Numbered from the stretch's first letter, positions 1-10,672 are shown. The stretch: 64,000 nt of DNA from Alphaproteobacteria bacterium (GCA_963555825.3 CAUVXB020000002.1:3136001-3200000); one strand, 5' to 3'. Notes: generated from the letters alone by a model not told the origin. Translations and numbers: made by a program.

Positions 1-1399
1 TGATGCCCTGCGGGTCGAGCGCCTGCTTGAGGCGCTGCATCAGGGCGATCTCGACCGGCGATTTGTAGCGCTTCAGGTCGTCGCGCTTCAAGCGTCCGAT
101 GCCGTGCTCGGCCGAAAAGGAGCCACCCATCGCCATCGTGATGTCATGGACGGCGCGGTTTATTTGACCCCATTCGGCGAGGAAGGTTTCGGTGTCGGCG
201 CCGACCGGTTGGCTCAGGTTGAAATGCACGTTGCCGTCGCCGAGGTGGCCGAAGGCGACGACGCGGATGCCCGGGATGCGCGCCTCGACCAGGGCCGATG
301 CCTCGGCGATGAAATCGGCGAAGCGCGACAGGGGCAGCGCAACGTCGTGCTTGATCGAGCCGCCCTCGGGCTTCTGCGCCTCGACCATGTCCTCGCGGAT
401 GCGCCAGAACGAGCGTGCCTGCTCGGCGTTGGCGGCGATCGTCGCGTCTTGCGCGACACCGTCCTCGATGGCCTCGGCGAGCGCGTCCTCGAGGGTGTCG
501 CGCAGGCGCTCGGGACCGGCCAGCGCCGACAGCTCCAAGAGCACATAGAACGGATGCGGTTCGGCGAGCGGGTCGCGGTGACCGGTCATGTGGCGCAGCG
601 TGAAGTCGATGGCGATGCGCGGGATCAGCTCGCAGCCGGTCAGCGCGCCACCGGCTGCGTCGCGCACGCGGCGGAACAGCTCGACCGCGGCGTGCGGGTC
701 GTCGACGCCGACGAAGGCGCTCTCGACGTGGCGCGGCCGGGGGAACAGCTTCAGCACGGCGCCGGTGATGATGCCCAGCGTGCCCTCGGCGCCGATGAAC
801 ATATGCTTCAGGTCGTAGCCGGTATTGTCTTTGCGCAAGCCGCGCAAGCCGTCCCACAGCTCGCCGTCGGGCAGCACGACCTCGAGGCCGAGCACCAGGT
901 CGCGCGCGTTGCCATAGCGCAGCACCGCCGTGCCGCCGGCGTTGGTCGACAGGTTGCCGCCGATGCGGCAGCTGCCCTCGGCGCCCAGGCTCAGCGGGAA
1001 ATAGCGGTCGGCGGCGGCCGCCGCGGCCTGTACTTCTGCCAGGATGCAGCCGGCGTCGACGGTGATCGTGTCGTTGACCGGGTCGACCGCGCGCACCGCG
1101 GCCATGCGGCCCAGGCTCAGGACGATCTCGTCGCCGTGCTCGTGCGGCACCGAGCCGCCGACCAGACCGGTGTTGCCGCCCTGCGGCACGATGGCGACAC
1201 CCGCCTCGGCGCAGGCCTTGACCACGGCGGAAACCTCCTGGGCGCCGGCGGGTCGGACGACCAGCGCCGCGTTGCCGTGGAACAGGCCGCGCGGCTCGAC
1301 CAGGAAGGGCGCCATGTCGTGCGGGTCCGCCGTCCAGCCGGCCGGCCCGACGATGTCTTTGATGCGCGCCAACGCGGCGTTGGTGGGGGTCGGCGGCAT
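1..1399 (-). CDS. FAD-binding oxidoreductase (D-2-hydroxyacid dehydrogenase/GlcD-like), runs off the left edge
   Basis: Manual minus-strand translation from ATG 1399 (MPPTPTNAALARIKDIVG...). Contains VPQGGNTGLVGG, GNLSTNAGG, FGHLGDGNVH and AEHGIG, and reads ...ALDPQGI at the edge. Absent from the ORF track because no stop lies in the window. Confidence 0.85.
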   Translation of the reverse strand, partial: MPPTPTNAALARIKDIVGPAGWTADPHDMAPFLVEPRGLFHGNAALVVRPAGAQEVSAVVKACAEAGVAIVPQGGNTGLVGGSVPHEHGDEIVLSLGRMAAVRAVDPVNDTITVDAGCILAEVQAAAAAADRYFPLSLGAEGSCRIGGNLSTNAGGTAVLRYGNARDLVLGLEVVLPDGELWDGLRGLRKDNTGYDLKHMFIGAEGTLGIITGAVLKLFPRPRHVESAFVGVDDPHAAVELFRRVRDAAGGALTGCELIPRIAIDFTLRHMTGHRDPLAEPHPFYVLLELSALAGPERLRDTLEDALAEAIEDGVAQDATIAANAEQARSFWRIREDMVEAQKPEGGSIKHDVALPLSRFADFIAEASALVEARIPGIRVVAFGHLGDGNVHFNLSQPVGADTETFLAEWGQINRAVHDITMAMGGSFSAEHGIGRLKRDDLKRYKSPVEIALMQRLKQALDPQGI

Positions 1400-2400
1400 C
1401 AGGCGGCGTCCTCGCCGGCCGCGCGGGCCGCGCCGACCGCGCGGGGCGCCGCGGCGCGCGCCAGCCGGTCGTTGATCGCGACGCCGAGGCCGTCGTTTGG
1501 GATCGGCACGACGGCGATCGCCGTGAATTCGGGCCGGTCGAGCGCGTGGAGCATGGCGAACAGGTTGGCGGCGGCCTCGTCGAGATTTCCCGACGCGCTC
1601 AAGTTCAACGTCTCGGCCGCGCCGTCGGGCGCGGCGGCGCCGAACGCGAGCAGCGCCTCGCCGGCGGCGATGTCGCGGGCCGCGAGGCGCAGCGGCAGCT
1701 GCGGCGCGTAGTGGCTCGCCATCATGCCGGGCGAGCGCGCCGGACCGTCACCGGGGCCGCCGAGCGGGCCGATCTCGGCCTCGATTTCACTATGCGTCAC
1801 GCCGCCCGGACGCAGCAAGCGCACGACATCAGGTTCGCTCGCGTCGACCACCGTCGATTCGATGCCGAGCGGGCAGGGGCCGTCGTCGAGGATCAGCGCG
1901 ACGCGATCGCCGAGGCGCGCGGCGACATGGGCCGCCGTCGTCGGGCTCAGCCCGCCCGACGGGTTGGCGCTGGGTGCTGCGACCGGCCGGCCGGTCTCGG
2001 CGAGCAGGGCCAGCGCGGTCGGGTGCGCCGGCACCCGGATCGCCACCGTGTCGAGCCCGGCGCTGACCAGCGGCGAGAGGCGCGTGTCGGCGCGGCGGCG
2101 CAGCACCAGGGTCAGTGGGCCGGGCCAGAAACGCGCGGCGAGCCGCTCGGCGCGGTCGTCGAGCAGCGCCTCACGGGCGGCGTCGGCGGGCGCCGCGACG
2201 TGGACGATGAGCGGGTTCTCGCGCGCCCGGCCCTTGGCCCGGTAGACCGCGGCGACGGCGGCGTCGCTGGTCGCGTCGGCGCCCAGGCCGTAGACCGTCT
2301 CGGTCGGGAAGGCGACCAGTCGGCCGGCGCGCAGCAGCCCGGCCGCGCGTGCGATGGCGGCGGGTTCGGCGGCGACGATCTCGGCTTGGGCTGGCGCCAC
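1399..2400 (-). CDS. tsaC: L-threonylcarbamoyladenylate synthase (Sua5/TsaC)
   Basis: VAFPTETVYGLGADA, KGR..NPLIVH, AAPSAN and SPGMMASHYAP (Sua5 C-terminal domain). Confidence 0.95.
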   Translation of the reverse strand: MAPAQAEIVAAEPAAIARAAGLLRAGRLVAFPTETVYGLGADATSDAAVAAVYRAKGRARENPLIVHVAAPADAAREALLDDRAERLAARFWPGPLTLVLRRRADTRLSPLVSAGLDTVAIRVPAHPTALALLAETGRPVAAPSANPSGGLSPTTAAHVAARLGDRVALILDDGPCPLGIESTVVDASEPDVVRLLRPGGVTHSEIEAEIGPLGGPGDGPARSPGMMASHYAPQLPLRLAARDIAAGEALLAFGAAAPDGAAETLNLSASGNLDEAAANLFAMLHALDRPEFTAIAVVPIPNDGLGVAINDRLARAAAPRAVGAARAAGEDAA

Positions 2401-2427
2401 GCGGATGCTCCGGTCGGTTCGAACGCG

Positions 2428-3219
2428 TCAGTCTACATCATCGCGACCGCGATCATCGCGCCCGCGCACGACGAACGACGGATTCTCCAGGCCCGGCTTG
2501 CCGTAGCTCAGCTCGGCGCCGTCCAGGGTGCGCACGCTGCCGCCCGCCGCGGCGACCACGGCATGGCCGGCGGCGGTGTCCCATTCCATGGTCCGGTCGA
2601 GCCGCGGATAGATGTCGGCGACGCCCTCGGCGACCAGGCAGAATTTCAGCGAGCTGCCGCCGACGCGCTCATCCACGATCGTGTAACCGGCGAGATAATC
2701 GGTGGTTTCCGCGTTCATATGCGAGCGGCTCACCGCGGCGACCAGCCCGTCGGCGGCGGGCGCGCGCGCCTCGATCGGTTGCGCCGCGCTGGCGCCGCGT
2801 TCGACGAAGGCCCGCTCGCCGTCGCTGGTGTAGCCGACCCCAATGGCCGGCGCGGTGACGATGCCGAGCGTCGGCCGGCCGTCCTCGATCAGCGCGATGT
2901 TGACGGTGAACTCGCCGTTGCGGCTGATGAACTCCTTGGTGCCGTCGAGCGGGTCGACCAGCCAGAAGCGCCTGCCCAGCGCCGGGAGGTCGCCGGCCGC
3001 CGCCATCTCCTCGGCCGCGACCGGGATATCGGGCGCGAACGCCCTGAGCGCCTCGACGATAAGGCGTTCGGCCGCCTCGTCGGCGTCGGTCACGGGCGAG
3101 GCGTCGGCCTTGGCGCGCACGGCGGTCCCGCCGTCGTAGAAGCCCATGATGACGTCGCCGGCGGCATAGGCGATACGGCGCAACTCGGCGATCAACGCGC
3201 GGGTGTCGGTCTGGCTCAT
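2428..3219 (-). CDS. cysQ: 3'(2'),5'-bisphosphate nucleotidase
   Basis: KADASPVTDAD, WLVDPLDGTKEF, GSSLKFCLVAEG and TMEWDTAAG. Start moved to MSQTD at 3219. Confidence 0.93.
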   Translation of the reverse strand: MSQTDTRALIAELRRIAYAAGDVIMGFYDGGTAVRAKADASPVTDADEAAERLIVEALRAFAPDIPVAAEEMAAAGDLPALGRRFWLVDPLDGTKEFISRNGEFTVNIALIEDGRPTLGIVTAPAIGVGYTSDGERAFVERGASAAQPIEARAPAADGLVAAVSRSHMNAETTDYLAGYTIVDERVGGSSLKFCLVAEGVADIYPRLDRTMEWDTAAGHAVVAAAGGSVRTLDGAELSYGKPGLENPSFVVRGRDDRGRDDVD

Positions 3220-3253
3220 CGGGGATCCGTCGTTGGTGGCGGGTCGGCGCCCG

Positions 3254-3658
3254 TCATTCCTGCGAGGGGTACATGTTGTAGACGAAGAAGGCGGTCTCGT
3301 CGCCCGTGTTTTCGAGCTGGTAATGCCAGCCGGGCGCCAGGTAGACCGCATCGTCGGGGCCGAATTCGATGACGCCCTCGTCCCAGGTCAGCGACAGGTT
3401 GCCGCGGATGCAGTAGTAGGTCTCCTCGACCGGGCCGTACCAGTGCTCGCCGGGGCCGGCGTCGTTCTCGGGCCGCGACGACCAGCGGTTGGTGCGCTCG
3501 CCGGGATCGAGCGTCGAGACGCCGAGCGTCAGCTCGGAGCCGTGGCGGCCCCGCGTGATCAGGCGCTGAATGCGCACCTTTGTCGGCGCGTCCTCTGACG
3601 CGCGGCACGGAATGTCGTCGAGGTGGATCTTGGCAGGTCTTGGTTCGGGCTTGGACAT
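3254..3658 (-). CDS. cupin-domain protein
   Basis: EETYYCIRGNL..W...FGPDDAVYLAPGWHYQLENTG cupin barrel pattern. Confidence 0.75.
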   Translation of the reverse strand: MSKPEPRPAKIHLDDIPCRASEDAPTKVRIQRLITRGRHGSELTLGVSTLDPGERTNRWSSRPENDAGPGEHWYGPVEETYYCIRGNLSLTWDEGVIEFGPDDAVYLAPGWHYQLENTGDETAFFVYNMYPSQE

Positions 3659-3791
3659 GGACGGACCTTTCGCGCGGTATCATCGAGTGTGGCAAACTAG
3701 CCCGGATACCCCGTTGCTTCCAAGACGGTTGTGATCCTTGGAATTGTGGGCTTCGCCCGATCGATTCGAGGAACAGATTGCAGAGGACCAC

Positions 3792-4187
3792 ATGATCGAG
3801 ATCGAACGCGTCAACCACATCGGCATCCGTGTCGCCGACGTCGACCGCGCCGTCGCCTTTTACGGCCACTTCGGCTTCGTGAAGACCTACGAAGGCGGCC
3901 CCGAGCCGGTGGCCATCCTCGACAACGGCAACGGCGTCGAGATCAACCTGATCGTCAACGCCAACGACACCAACGACGGCCGCAACGTGCTGATGGACGT
4001 CGACGCCAAATACCCCGGCTACACCCACGTCGCGCTGCAGATCGCCTCGGCCGAGCAAACGGCGGCGGCGCTCGCCGAACTCGGCATCGAGATCACCGAG
4101 GGCCCGGCGCGTTTCGGCGAAGGTATCTCGCTGTTCATCCGCGACCCCGACCGCAACGTCATCGAGCTGCGCCAGGCCACGGCCTGA
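3792..4187 (+). CDS. VOC/glyoxalase family protein
   Basis: VNHIGIRVAD...FY..FGF, HVAL and FIRDPDRNVIEL; GAGGA SD before ATG 3792. Confidence 0.9.
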   Translation: MIEIERVNHIGIRVADVDRAVAFYGHFGFVKTYEGGPEPVAILDNGNGVEINLIVNANDTNDGRNVLMDVDAKYPGYTHVALQIASAEQTAAALAELGIEITEGPARFGEGISLFIRDPDRNVIELRQATA

Positions 4188-4275
4188 GGCGCGCCGGTTT
4201 CGCAATTTCCTCGCGGCCTGTTACAATCATTCGGTTCAGTGATCGACGACCGAAGGGGCGACCACGGCTCACGCC

Positions 4276-4377
4276 ATGGCGAAATGCCCGCATTGCAGTA
4301 CGTGGTATTCGTTTCGCCGTACGGACGACGGCAAGTGCCAAGCCTGCCATGGCTCGGGCGAAATCGACGATCACTAA
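4276..4377 (+). CDS. putative 33-aa zinc-finger small protein (CPHC...CQACHGSG)
   Basis: Manual translation MAKCPHCSTWYSFRRTDDGKCQACHGSGEIDDH*; below the ORF-track length cutoff. Confidence 0.5.
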   Translation: MAKCPHCSTWYSFRRTDDGKCQACHGSGEIDDH

Positions 4378-4408
4378 AATCGTGGGGGGACTAGGGAGGA
4401 CCTAGAGC

Positions 4409-5976
4409 ATGGCGCCGCGTCCGTCCCGGCCGACGCGTACAAGCCGGTTACCGAGTGCTTGGCGTGCCATCTGGGATAGCGCTGGTGGACGCGCTCTTGA
4501 CCGAATTTCCATAGGTTCGGACGTCACCGGCATTATGTCGCCATGGCGGTGGCTGCGGCGTCGGCCCGACGTCGCCGCCCAATCACAGCGGCGATTGCAG
4601 CGGACGATACCGGTTGCCAGTTCAGTTGCATTGTTCTTGATGCTGATCTGCGCGCCCTCGACGGTCGCGGCCCAAGGCCGATCTATCGCGTGCTCCAGTT
4701 CCACGGCTTGGGCAACCAGGAAATCGAGCCGAGAACGGAGAGCGTCGAGAACGGATTGGCCATAGTGGGGCTCGACCAGATCAGCGACGCCGATATCGTC
4801 ACCAGCGAGGCATTCCGCAAGGCGATCCGCAACTACTACGATAGCCTGCTAGTGTATCGCAAATCGGAGACGGTGTATCAGGGATTGGATGCGCATCTCA
4901 GAAGCGAGATGGACCGCATTCACGACATCGAGATCGTCGCGCGCGCCGGCAACCGGGTGAATGTCAGGATCAAGTATCGCTGGAACGTCAGGGAATTTCG
5001 CCTCGAGGGCCGCAACGACCGCGCCGAGGTGCTGGTCGAATTGATCCCGACGTTCACCAACGAGGTCTATGACTTTGAGCGCTACGGCGAGCCGCTGGTG
5101 CCCAACGACTCCTACTTCCCCGACATCGCGCGCGAATTCGCCGAATTCAATCTGGACAAGGCCTACGACGAGCGCGATTGCGTGCACAACTATCATTCGC
5201 CGCAGGTCTGCGTCGAATCGATCCCACTGTTCTTCCAATTCGCCGAGCGTGAAGGCCTGCCGATCAGTGTCGATACGGCGTACATGTTCAATGCCTTCGT
5301 GCGCGGTGAGTACGCCCGCGCCGACCGTCTCTACGCCCGCGCCAAGGGCTACACATTGCCGACGTACGCAGGCGTCGGCACCGAGGTCGCCGAACTCGTC
5401 CAGGTCGCCCTTGGAAAGCACTATGGGGAAAAGGACGTCTGGGAAGACAATTGCAAGTTCAACTACTACCGACCCAATCTGTGCCCCGGGACGATCGAGA
5501 TCTGGCGCGAGTTCACCGAACGCCATGGGCTCGGCCTCTCGCGGGTCAGCGCCAGGATGTTTCAAGCCTACGCGCGCGGCAACTACCGCCGCGGCGACCG
5601 TCTGTTCCGCGCCGCCAAAGGCATCCCCGAGGCCGAATATACCGGTCCTGGATTGGAAGTGATGGCGCTCGGTCTCGACCCGGCCGTGAACTTGCAGCGC
5701 GATTGTCTGCACGACCCGACCGCGCCCAACCCCTGCGTCGTCTCGATCACCGCGTTCGAAGAGTTCGCCGAGACGCATGGCCTGCCGGTCGACCGCCGCA
5801 CCGCGGCGATCTTCGACGCCTATATCCGCCACGACACCGTCCGGGGCGACTTGCTTTACGCACGCGCCAAGAGCATCCCGCTCGAGGCGGTCGGCGATCC
5901 CGACTACGAACCGGCCGAGCCGTCCGAGCTGATCATCGACATCGTCCCGCCAGCCCGCCCGACACCGGCGCCATGA
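4409..5976 (+). CDS. hypothetical exported protein with three Cys-containing repeats; apparent 1-nt frameshift at ~4678
   Basis: GGGAGGA SD precedes ATG 4409. The signal-like segment VALFLMLICAPSTVAAQG is in the 4409 frame, while the body (PIYRVLQFHG...) is in the 4543..5976 frame. Confidence 0.6.
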
Positions 5977-6119
5977 GCCGGGCCGCGCCAACTTCGACGC
6001 GATGTCGATGTGATACGATCCGCGTAAACGTGGTGACGCCCGTGAGAGCACGAACCGCAATTTCCCAACCATGCGTTGGGTACCACGCGGCCGACGCTGG
6101 AGACGAATAGAGACGAGAA

Positions 6120-7868
6120 ATGAGCGATTGCCGATCTTACGCACGAACCGTCGTGGCCGCGATGCTGGGCATCCTGTGCATCGTGCATGCGTCGCGCGAC
6201 GCGTTGGCCGCAATTCAGGCGCCCGGTGAACGACGGGACCATCTGACCGTCGAAGAGCTTGCGCCCGATGCGTGGGAAAACTTTGGACTGGTTCACAATG
6301 CTAACTTCATGCCCGTGGGACCGTCGGCCGACGCACTGCATGCGCTCTCGGGCGTCCTCGAGGTGCCCGAGACGCAGTCTCATTCGGTGAAGGGCCGGTT
6401 TCCGGCATTCTCGGTCGAGTTTTTCAGCCATGGCGGTAATTTGGTGCCGACCAAGCGTGGCTTCATTTCGGGCGGAATCAGCCTTTGGAACCTCGTTCTT
6501 TCACCCGGCCGGGTGTGGTCCGAACCGGGCGACGATGGCTGGTCGCGTGCCTCCTTTCCCTTCACCCTGACGGGCAAGCGCCGCAACGACAGCCACAACG
6601 GCATCGCGAGCTTCCTCTACAACGAGACCGAGGTGTCGGCGCTGCGGATCCAGGTCGTTCAGGAAGCCGCGCCCTGGGGCGAGCTCGACGGCTGGGCGCA
6701 AGTCCCCTTGGCGTACAAGCCCGGCCCGATCGCGAACCGGCGGACCCTCGAAGAGCGATTCGCCCGGGAACGCGCGCAGCACATCCCGATGAGGCCGTGG
6801 TCGGCGCTCGAGGGCGTATCCGATCCAAGTCTGCTGGCCGACTTCGACGGCTACGCGTATCAAGTTACGGTCAGCGGCCTCGTTGTCGATGGTGTTCTCT
6901 ATGCTCAGCCGTGCCGCACGCGCTTCGGCGACTACCCCTACTGCCGCGAGATGCGCCACGGCGTCTATTCAGTGACCAAGAGCCTGGGTGGGGCGCTCAG
7001 CCTGCTCAGGCTCGCTCAGAAGTATGGCGACGCGGTGTTCGATTTCAAGATCGCCGACTATCTCGATGTCACGGCCGACCATGACGGCTGGGACGAGGTG
7101 ACCTTCGCCGACGCCCTGAACATGGCGACGGGGATCGGCGACAAGGCGCTAAACCGGGGGTCGGAGTCGTACGATTTTCACGGCGATAGGGGGAGCATGG
7201 CGCGGCGCCGCTTCTGGTACGCGCGATCGGCCAAGGCCAGATTGAACGCCGTCTTTTCCGCCGGCAACTATTCGTGGGATCCCGGCGAGGTCGGCAGCTA
7301 TAACGGCGGCCATACATTCACGCTCGCGGCCGCGATGGACGCGCTCCTCAAGCGCCGGGAAGGCCCCGACGCGCACCTTTGGGACATGGTCGCGGCCGAG
7401 GTCCTCGAGCCCATCGGCGTGCTCCATGCGCCGATGATGCATACGCGCGAACCCGACGGCGGGCGTGGCATGCCGATCATGGGCTGGGGCTATTTTCCGA
7501 CCGTGGGCGAGATGGCGACAATTGCCGAACTGCTGCACGCCGGCGGCAAACACCAGGGACGGCAACTGTTGAGCGCTACCAAGCTGCGCGAGGTGTTCCC
7601 GAGCCCGGCCGCCCCGGGATTGCCGGTAAACTGGCACAACGACTTCGGCGAATTCCACTATCACATGTCGTTCTGGTACATGCCGTTCCGCGGCAAGGAT
7701 GGATGCTTGGTCTGGATTCCCGAGATGTCGGGCTACGGCGGAAACCAAGTCGTGCTGATGCCCAACGGCATGACGGGTATCCGCCTGGCCGATGGCGGCG
7801 CTTCCAGGCAATACGATACCGAAGGCATGGTCCGCCTCGCCGACGACCTGGCGCCGTTCTGCCAATAG
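6120..7868 (+). CDS. exported serine hydrolase, beta-lactamase class C/NylB-like fold
   Basis: N-terminal signal peptide, SxxK (YSVTKS), LNMATG, YN motif and MSGYGGN. Confidence 0.8.
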   Translation: MSDCRSYARTVVAAMLGILCIVHASRDALAAIQAPGERRDHLTVEELAPDAWENFGLVHNANFMPVGPSADALHALSGVLEVPETQSHSVKGRFPAFSVEFFSHGGNLVPTKRGFISGGISLWNLVLSPGRVWSEPGDDGWSRASFPFTLTGKRRNDSHNGIASFLYNETEVSALRIQVVQEAAPWGELDGWAQVPLAYKPGPIANRRTLEERFARERAQHIPMRPWSALEGVSDPSLLADFDGYAYQVTVSGLVVDGVLYAQPCRTRFGDYPYCREMRHGVYSVTKSLGGALSLLRLAQKYGDAVFDFKIADYLDVTADHDGWDEVTFADALNMATGIGDKALNRGSESYDFHGDRGSMARRRFWYARSAKARLNAVFSAGNYSWDPGEVGSYNGGHTFTLAAAMDALLKRREGPDAHLWDMVAAEVLEPIGVLHAPMMHTREPDGGRGMPIMGWGYFPTVGEMATIAELLHAGGKHQGRQLLSATKLREVFPSPAAPGLPVNWHNDFGEFHYHMSFWYMPFRGKDGCLVWIPEMSGYGGNQVVLMPNGMTGIRLADGGASRQYDTEGMVRLADDLAPFCQ

Positions 7869-7996
7869 ACGAGACCGCCAATCGTCTGCGCCGCCAGGGC
7901 GATTAGACTCCGAGAGGCGCGGTTTGTAGACTTCGAGCGAATATCGAAGGCGCCACGCAGAGGGGGCCCGCGATGTGTCGCGCAGGTGATCGGACG

Positions 7997-10666
7997 ATGT
8001 CGGAGCATGACGCGAGCGCGCTGAAGCATACGGTGCTGCACGACTGGCACGCCGCCAACGGCGGCAAGATGGTCGCGTTCGGCGGCTGGGACATGCCGGT
8101 GCAGTACAAGACCGGCGCGATCCGCGAGCATCTCGCGACACGCCGCCACGCCGGGCTGTTCGACGTCTCGCATATGGGTCGCTATGAGCTGGCCAGCGCC
8201 GGCGCCGAGGACTTCCTGGCGCGCACGCTGACCAACAACCCGCGCGCGCTCGACGCCGGCCAGGCGCAGTACAGCTTCATCGCCAACGAGGCCGGCGGCG
8301 CGGTCGACGACGCCTATCTCTACAAGCTCACCGACGAACGCTTCCTGCTCGTCGTCAACGCCGGCAACCGGGCCAAGGACTGGGACTGGCTCACGAATCA
8401 CGGCGGCGACGCCGCCGGCATGACCGACGTCAGCGAGGCGCTCGGCATGATCGCCCTGCAAGGCCCCGAATCGACGCATATCCTCGAGCAAGTCATCGGG
8501 CCCTCCGCGCTGCCCGAGAACAAGCGCAACGCGCTCGCCACGGCGACGGTCGATGGCCATCCGCTGATCGTCGCGCGCACCGGCTATACCGGCGAATCGG
8601 TCTGCTTCGAGCTGTTCCCCGAGCGCAACCACGCGATCGAGCTGTGGGAGACGCTGATCGCGCTGGGCGCGGCGCCGGCCGGTCTCGGCGCGCGCGATTC
8701 GCTGCGCCTCGAGGCCGGCCTGCCGCTCTATGGCCACGAGCTCGGCCTGGATGCGGACGGCGCGGAGATCCCCATTTTCGCCAATGCCGCGGCGACCATC
8801 GGCGTGCGCGCGCCCGGCGCGGGCGAGTACATCGGCAAGGCCGCGCTCGACCGCCAGCGTTACGAGTTCGCCCTGATCAAGCGCCACGAGATCGACGCGC
8901 CGCCCGCCGAGCGCTTGCTCACGCGCCTGGTTCAGCCGATCGCCGTGTTCGAGGGCAAGCGGCCGCTGCGCGCCGGCTCGAAGGTGGTCCACGACGGCAC
9001 CGAGGTCGGCGCCATCACCTCGGGCACCAGCGTGCCCTACACGCGCTTCGCCGGCGAGGGCCTCACGGCGCGGCCCGCCGACACGCACGAGCTGCGGCCG
9101 ATCGGCCTCGCGCTGATCGCCTCGGACCGCCACTACCGCACCGACCGGCCGGTCGTCGTCCAGGTGGTCGACGAGCGCGGCAATTCGGTCGACGCCGAGC
9201 TGGTCGAGAAGAATCTGTGGCCCGCCGCGCCTTTCGCGCGCGCCTATTCGGGCTTCATCGCGCCCCGCGCGTCGGCGCCGGTCGCCGCCGGCGATGTCGA
9301 GACGCTGGCCACGGCGCTTGTCGCCGAGGCGGCCGACAACACCCGCTGGCGACGCGCCGACTGCGTCAACCTGATCCCCTCGGAGCAGCCCGTCTCGGCC
9401 TATGTCGAGGGGCTCTCGGCGGCCGACCCGGCGGCGCGCTACAACGAGCACAACCGTCTGCTCTCGCTCGGCCCCGACGCGCCCGAGGTGCGCTACTACA
9501 AGGGCACGCGCTTCATCATGGAGAAGGAGGAGGAACTCAAGGCGGCGCTCGCGACCTTCTTCGGCTGCGCGCGGGTCGAGCCGCGCGTCATCTCGGGCCA
9601 GATGGCCAACGACACGGTCTACGACGCGCTCAAGCAGTTCAAGAACCGGCGCCACGGCGGCCGCGAGCTGTTGCGCCTGGGTCCCGTCATGGTGCACGAC
9701 CTCAACAAGGGCGGGCACCTGAGCGCGCAGCCGACCGGCGCGCTCAAGAACTACGTCGAGCTGCACCCCGAGACCGGCAAGCCCAACATCGTCCACTTCC
9801 CGATCGAGCGCGACAATGCGCACCGCATCGACGTCGAGCGCACCAAGCAATTGATCGCCGAGAGCCGGCCCGAGCTGATCGTCTTCGGCCGCAGCGTGAT
9901 CATCCACACCGAGCCGGTCGCCGAGATCGCCCGCTTCGTCCACGATACCTTCGGCGAGGACAACCCCAAGCGCCCGTTCATCATGTACGACGGCGCCCAC
10001 GTCCTTGGCCTCTTGGGGCCGGCCTATCAGGACCCGCTCGCCGAGGGCGCCGACGTGGTCACCGGCTCGACCCACAAGACCTTCTTCGGGCCCCAGCGCG
10101 GCGTGATTTTGAGCAACGTCGCGCATGGCTCGCCGTTCGAGGCGTGGTGGCGCTTCATCGAGCTGCGCGCCTTCCCGGGCCATGTCAGCAACCACCATCT
10201 GGGGACGCTGTTGGGGCTCCTCGGCGCGACCTACGAGATGATCAACTTCAGGGACGACTACCCGCGCCAAGTCGTCGCCAACGCCAAGGCCTTCGCCCGC
10301 GCGCTCGCCGACCAGGGCTTGAGCATCGAGGGCGATCCGGCCTGCGATTTCACCGAGACCCACCAGGTGCTGCTGCGCACCGCGCGCGCCAAGGGCGAGC
10401 ACGCGGCGAGCCTCTTGGAGGCCAACAACGTCATCACCAACCCGCAGGCCTATCACGACGACCCGAGCTTCGCCGCCGCCTCGGGCGTGCGCATGGGCGC
10501 CCAGGAGATGACGCGCTACGGCATGACCGAGGACGATTTCCGCGAGCTCGCCGGCCTCATCGCCGAGATCGTCGCCGAGGGCGACGAACGGCCGGACGGC
10601 CACTGGGCGGAACGCGTGGCGGCCTTCCGCGCCCGCTTCACCGAGATGAAGTATTGCCTAGGGTAA
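7997..10666 (+). CDS. fused glycine-cleavage aminomethyltransferase (GcvT) / serine hydroxymethyltransferase-like protein
   Basis: N-half: [41 protein letters not shown]-half: [29 protein letters not shown]. Confidence 0.9.
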   Translation: MSEHDASALKHTVLHDWHAANGGKMVAFGGWDMPVQYKTGAIREHLATRRHAGLFDVSHMGRYELASAGAEDFLARTLTNNPRALDAGQAQYSFIANEAGGAVDDAYLYKLTDERFLLVVNAGNRAKDWDWLTNHGGDAAGMTDVSEALGMIALQGPESTHILEQVIGPSALPENKRNALATATVDGHPLIVARTGYTGESVCFELFPERNHAIELWETLIALGAAPAGLGARDSLRLEAGLPLYGHELGLDADGAEIPIFANAAATIGVRAPGAGEYIGKAALDRQRYEFALIKRHEIDAPPAERLLTRLVQPIAVFEGKRPLRAGSKVVHDGTEVGAITSGTSVPYTRFAGEGLTARPADTHELRPIGLALIASDRHYRTDRPVVVQVVDERGNSVDAELVEKNLWPAAPFARAYSGFIAPRASAPVAAGDVETLATALVAEAADNTRWRRADCVNLIPSEQPVSAYVEGLSAADPAARYNEHNRLLSLGPDAPEVRYYKGTRFIMEKEEELKAALATFFGCARVEPRVISGQMANDTVYDALKQFKNRRHGGRELLRLGPVMVHDLNKGGHLSAQPTGALKNYVELHPETGKPNIVHFPIERDNAHRIDVERTKQLIAESRPELIVFGRSVIIHTEPVAEIARFVHDTFGEDNPKRPFIMYDGAHVLGLLGPAYQDPLAEGADVVTGSTHKTFFGPQRGVILSNVAHGSPFEAWWRFIELRAFPGHVSNHHLGTLLGLLGATYEMINFRDDYPRQVVANAKAFARALADQGLSIEGDPACDFTETHQVLLRTARAKGEHAASLLEANNVITNPQAYHDDPSFAAASGVRMGAQEMTRYGMTEDDFRELAGLIAEIVAEGDERPDGHWAERVAAFRARFTEMKYCLG

Positions 10667-10672
10667 GCGCCC

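Noticed and set aside
104-3372. Long plus-strand ORFs (104-1711, 1546-3372) and many similar antisense ORFs elsewhere (e.g. 7733-10603, 34048-35829)
   Set aside because: These are shadow ORFs of high-GC genes on the opposite strand and have no recognisable motifs.
6120-7868. Antibiotic-resistance beta-lactamase
   Set aside because: Only the fold-level SxxK motif is present. The large N-terminal extension and divergence fit a generic serine hydrolase.
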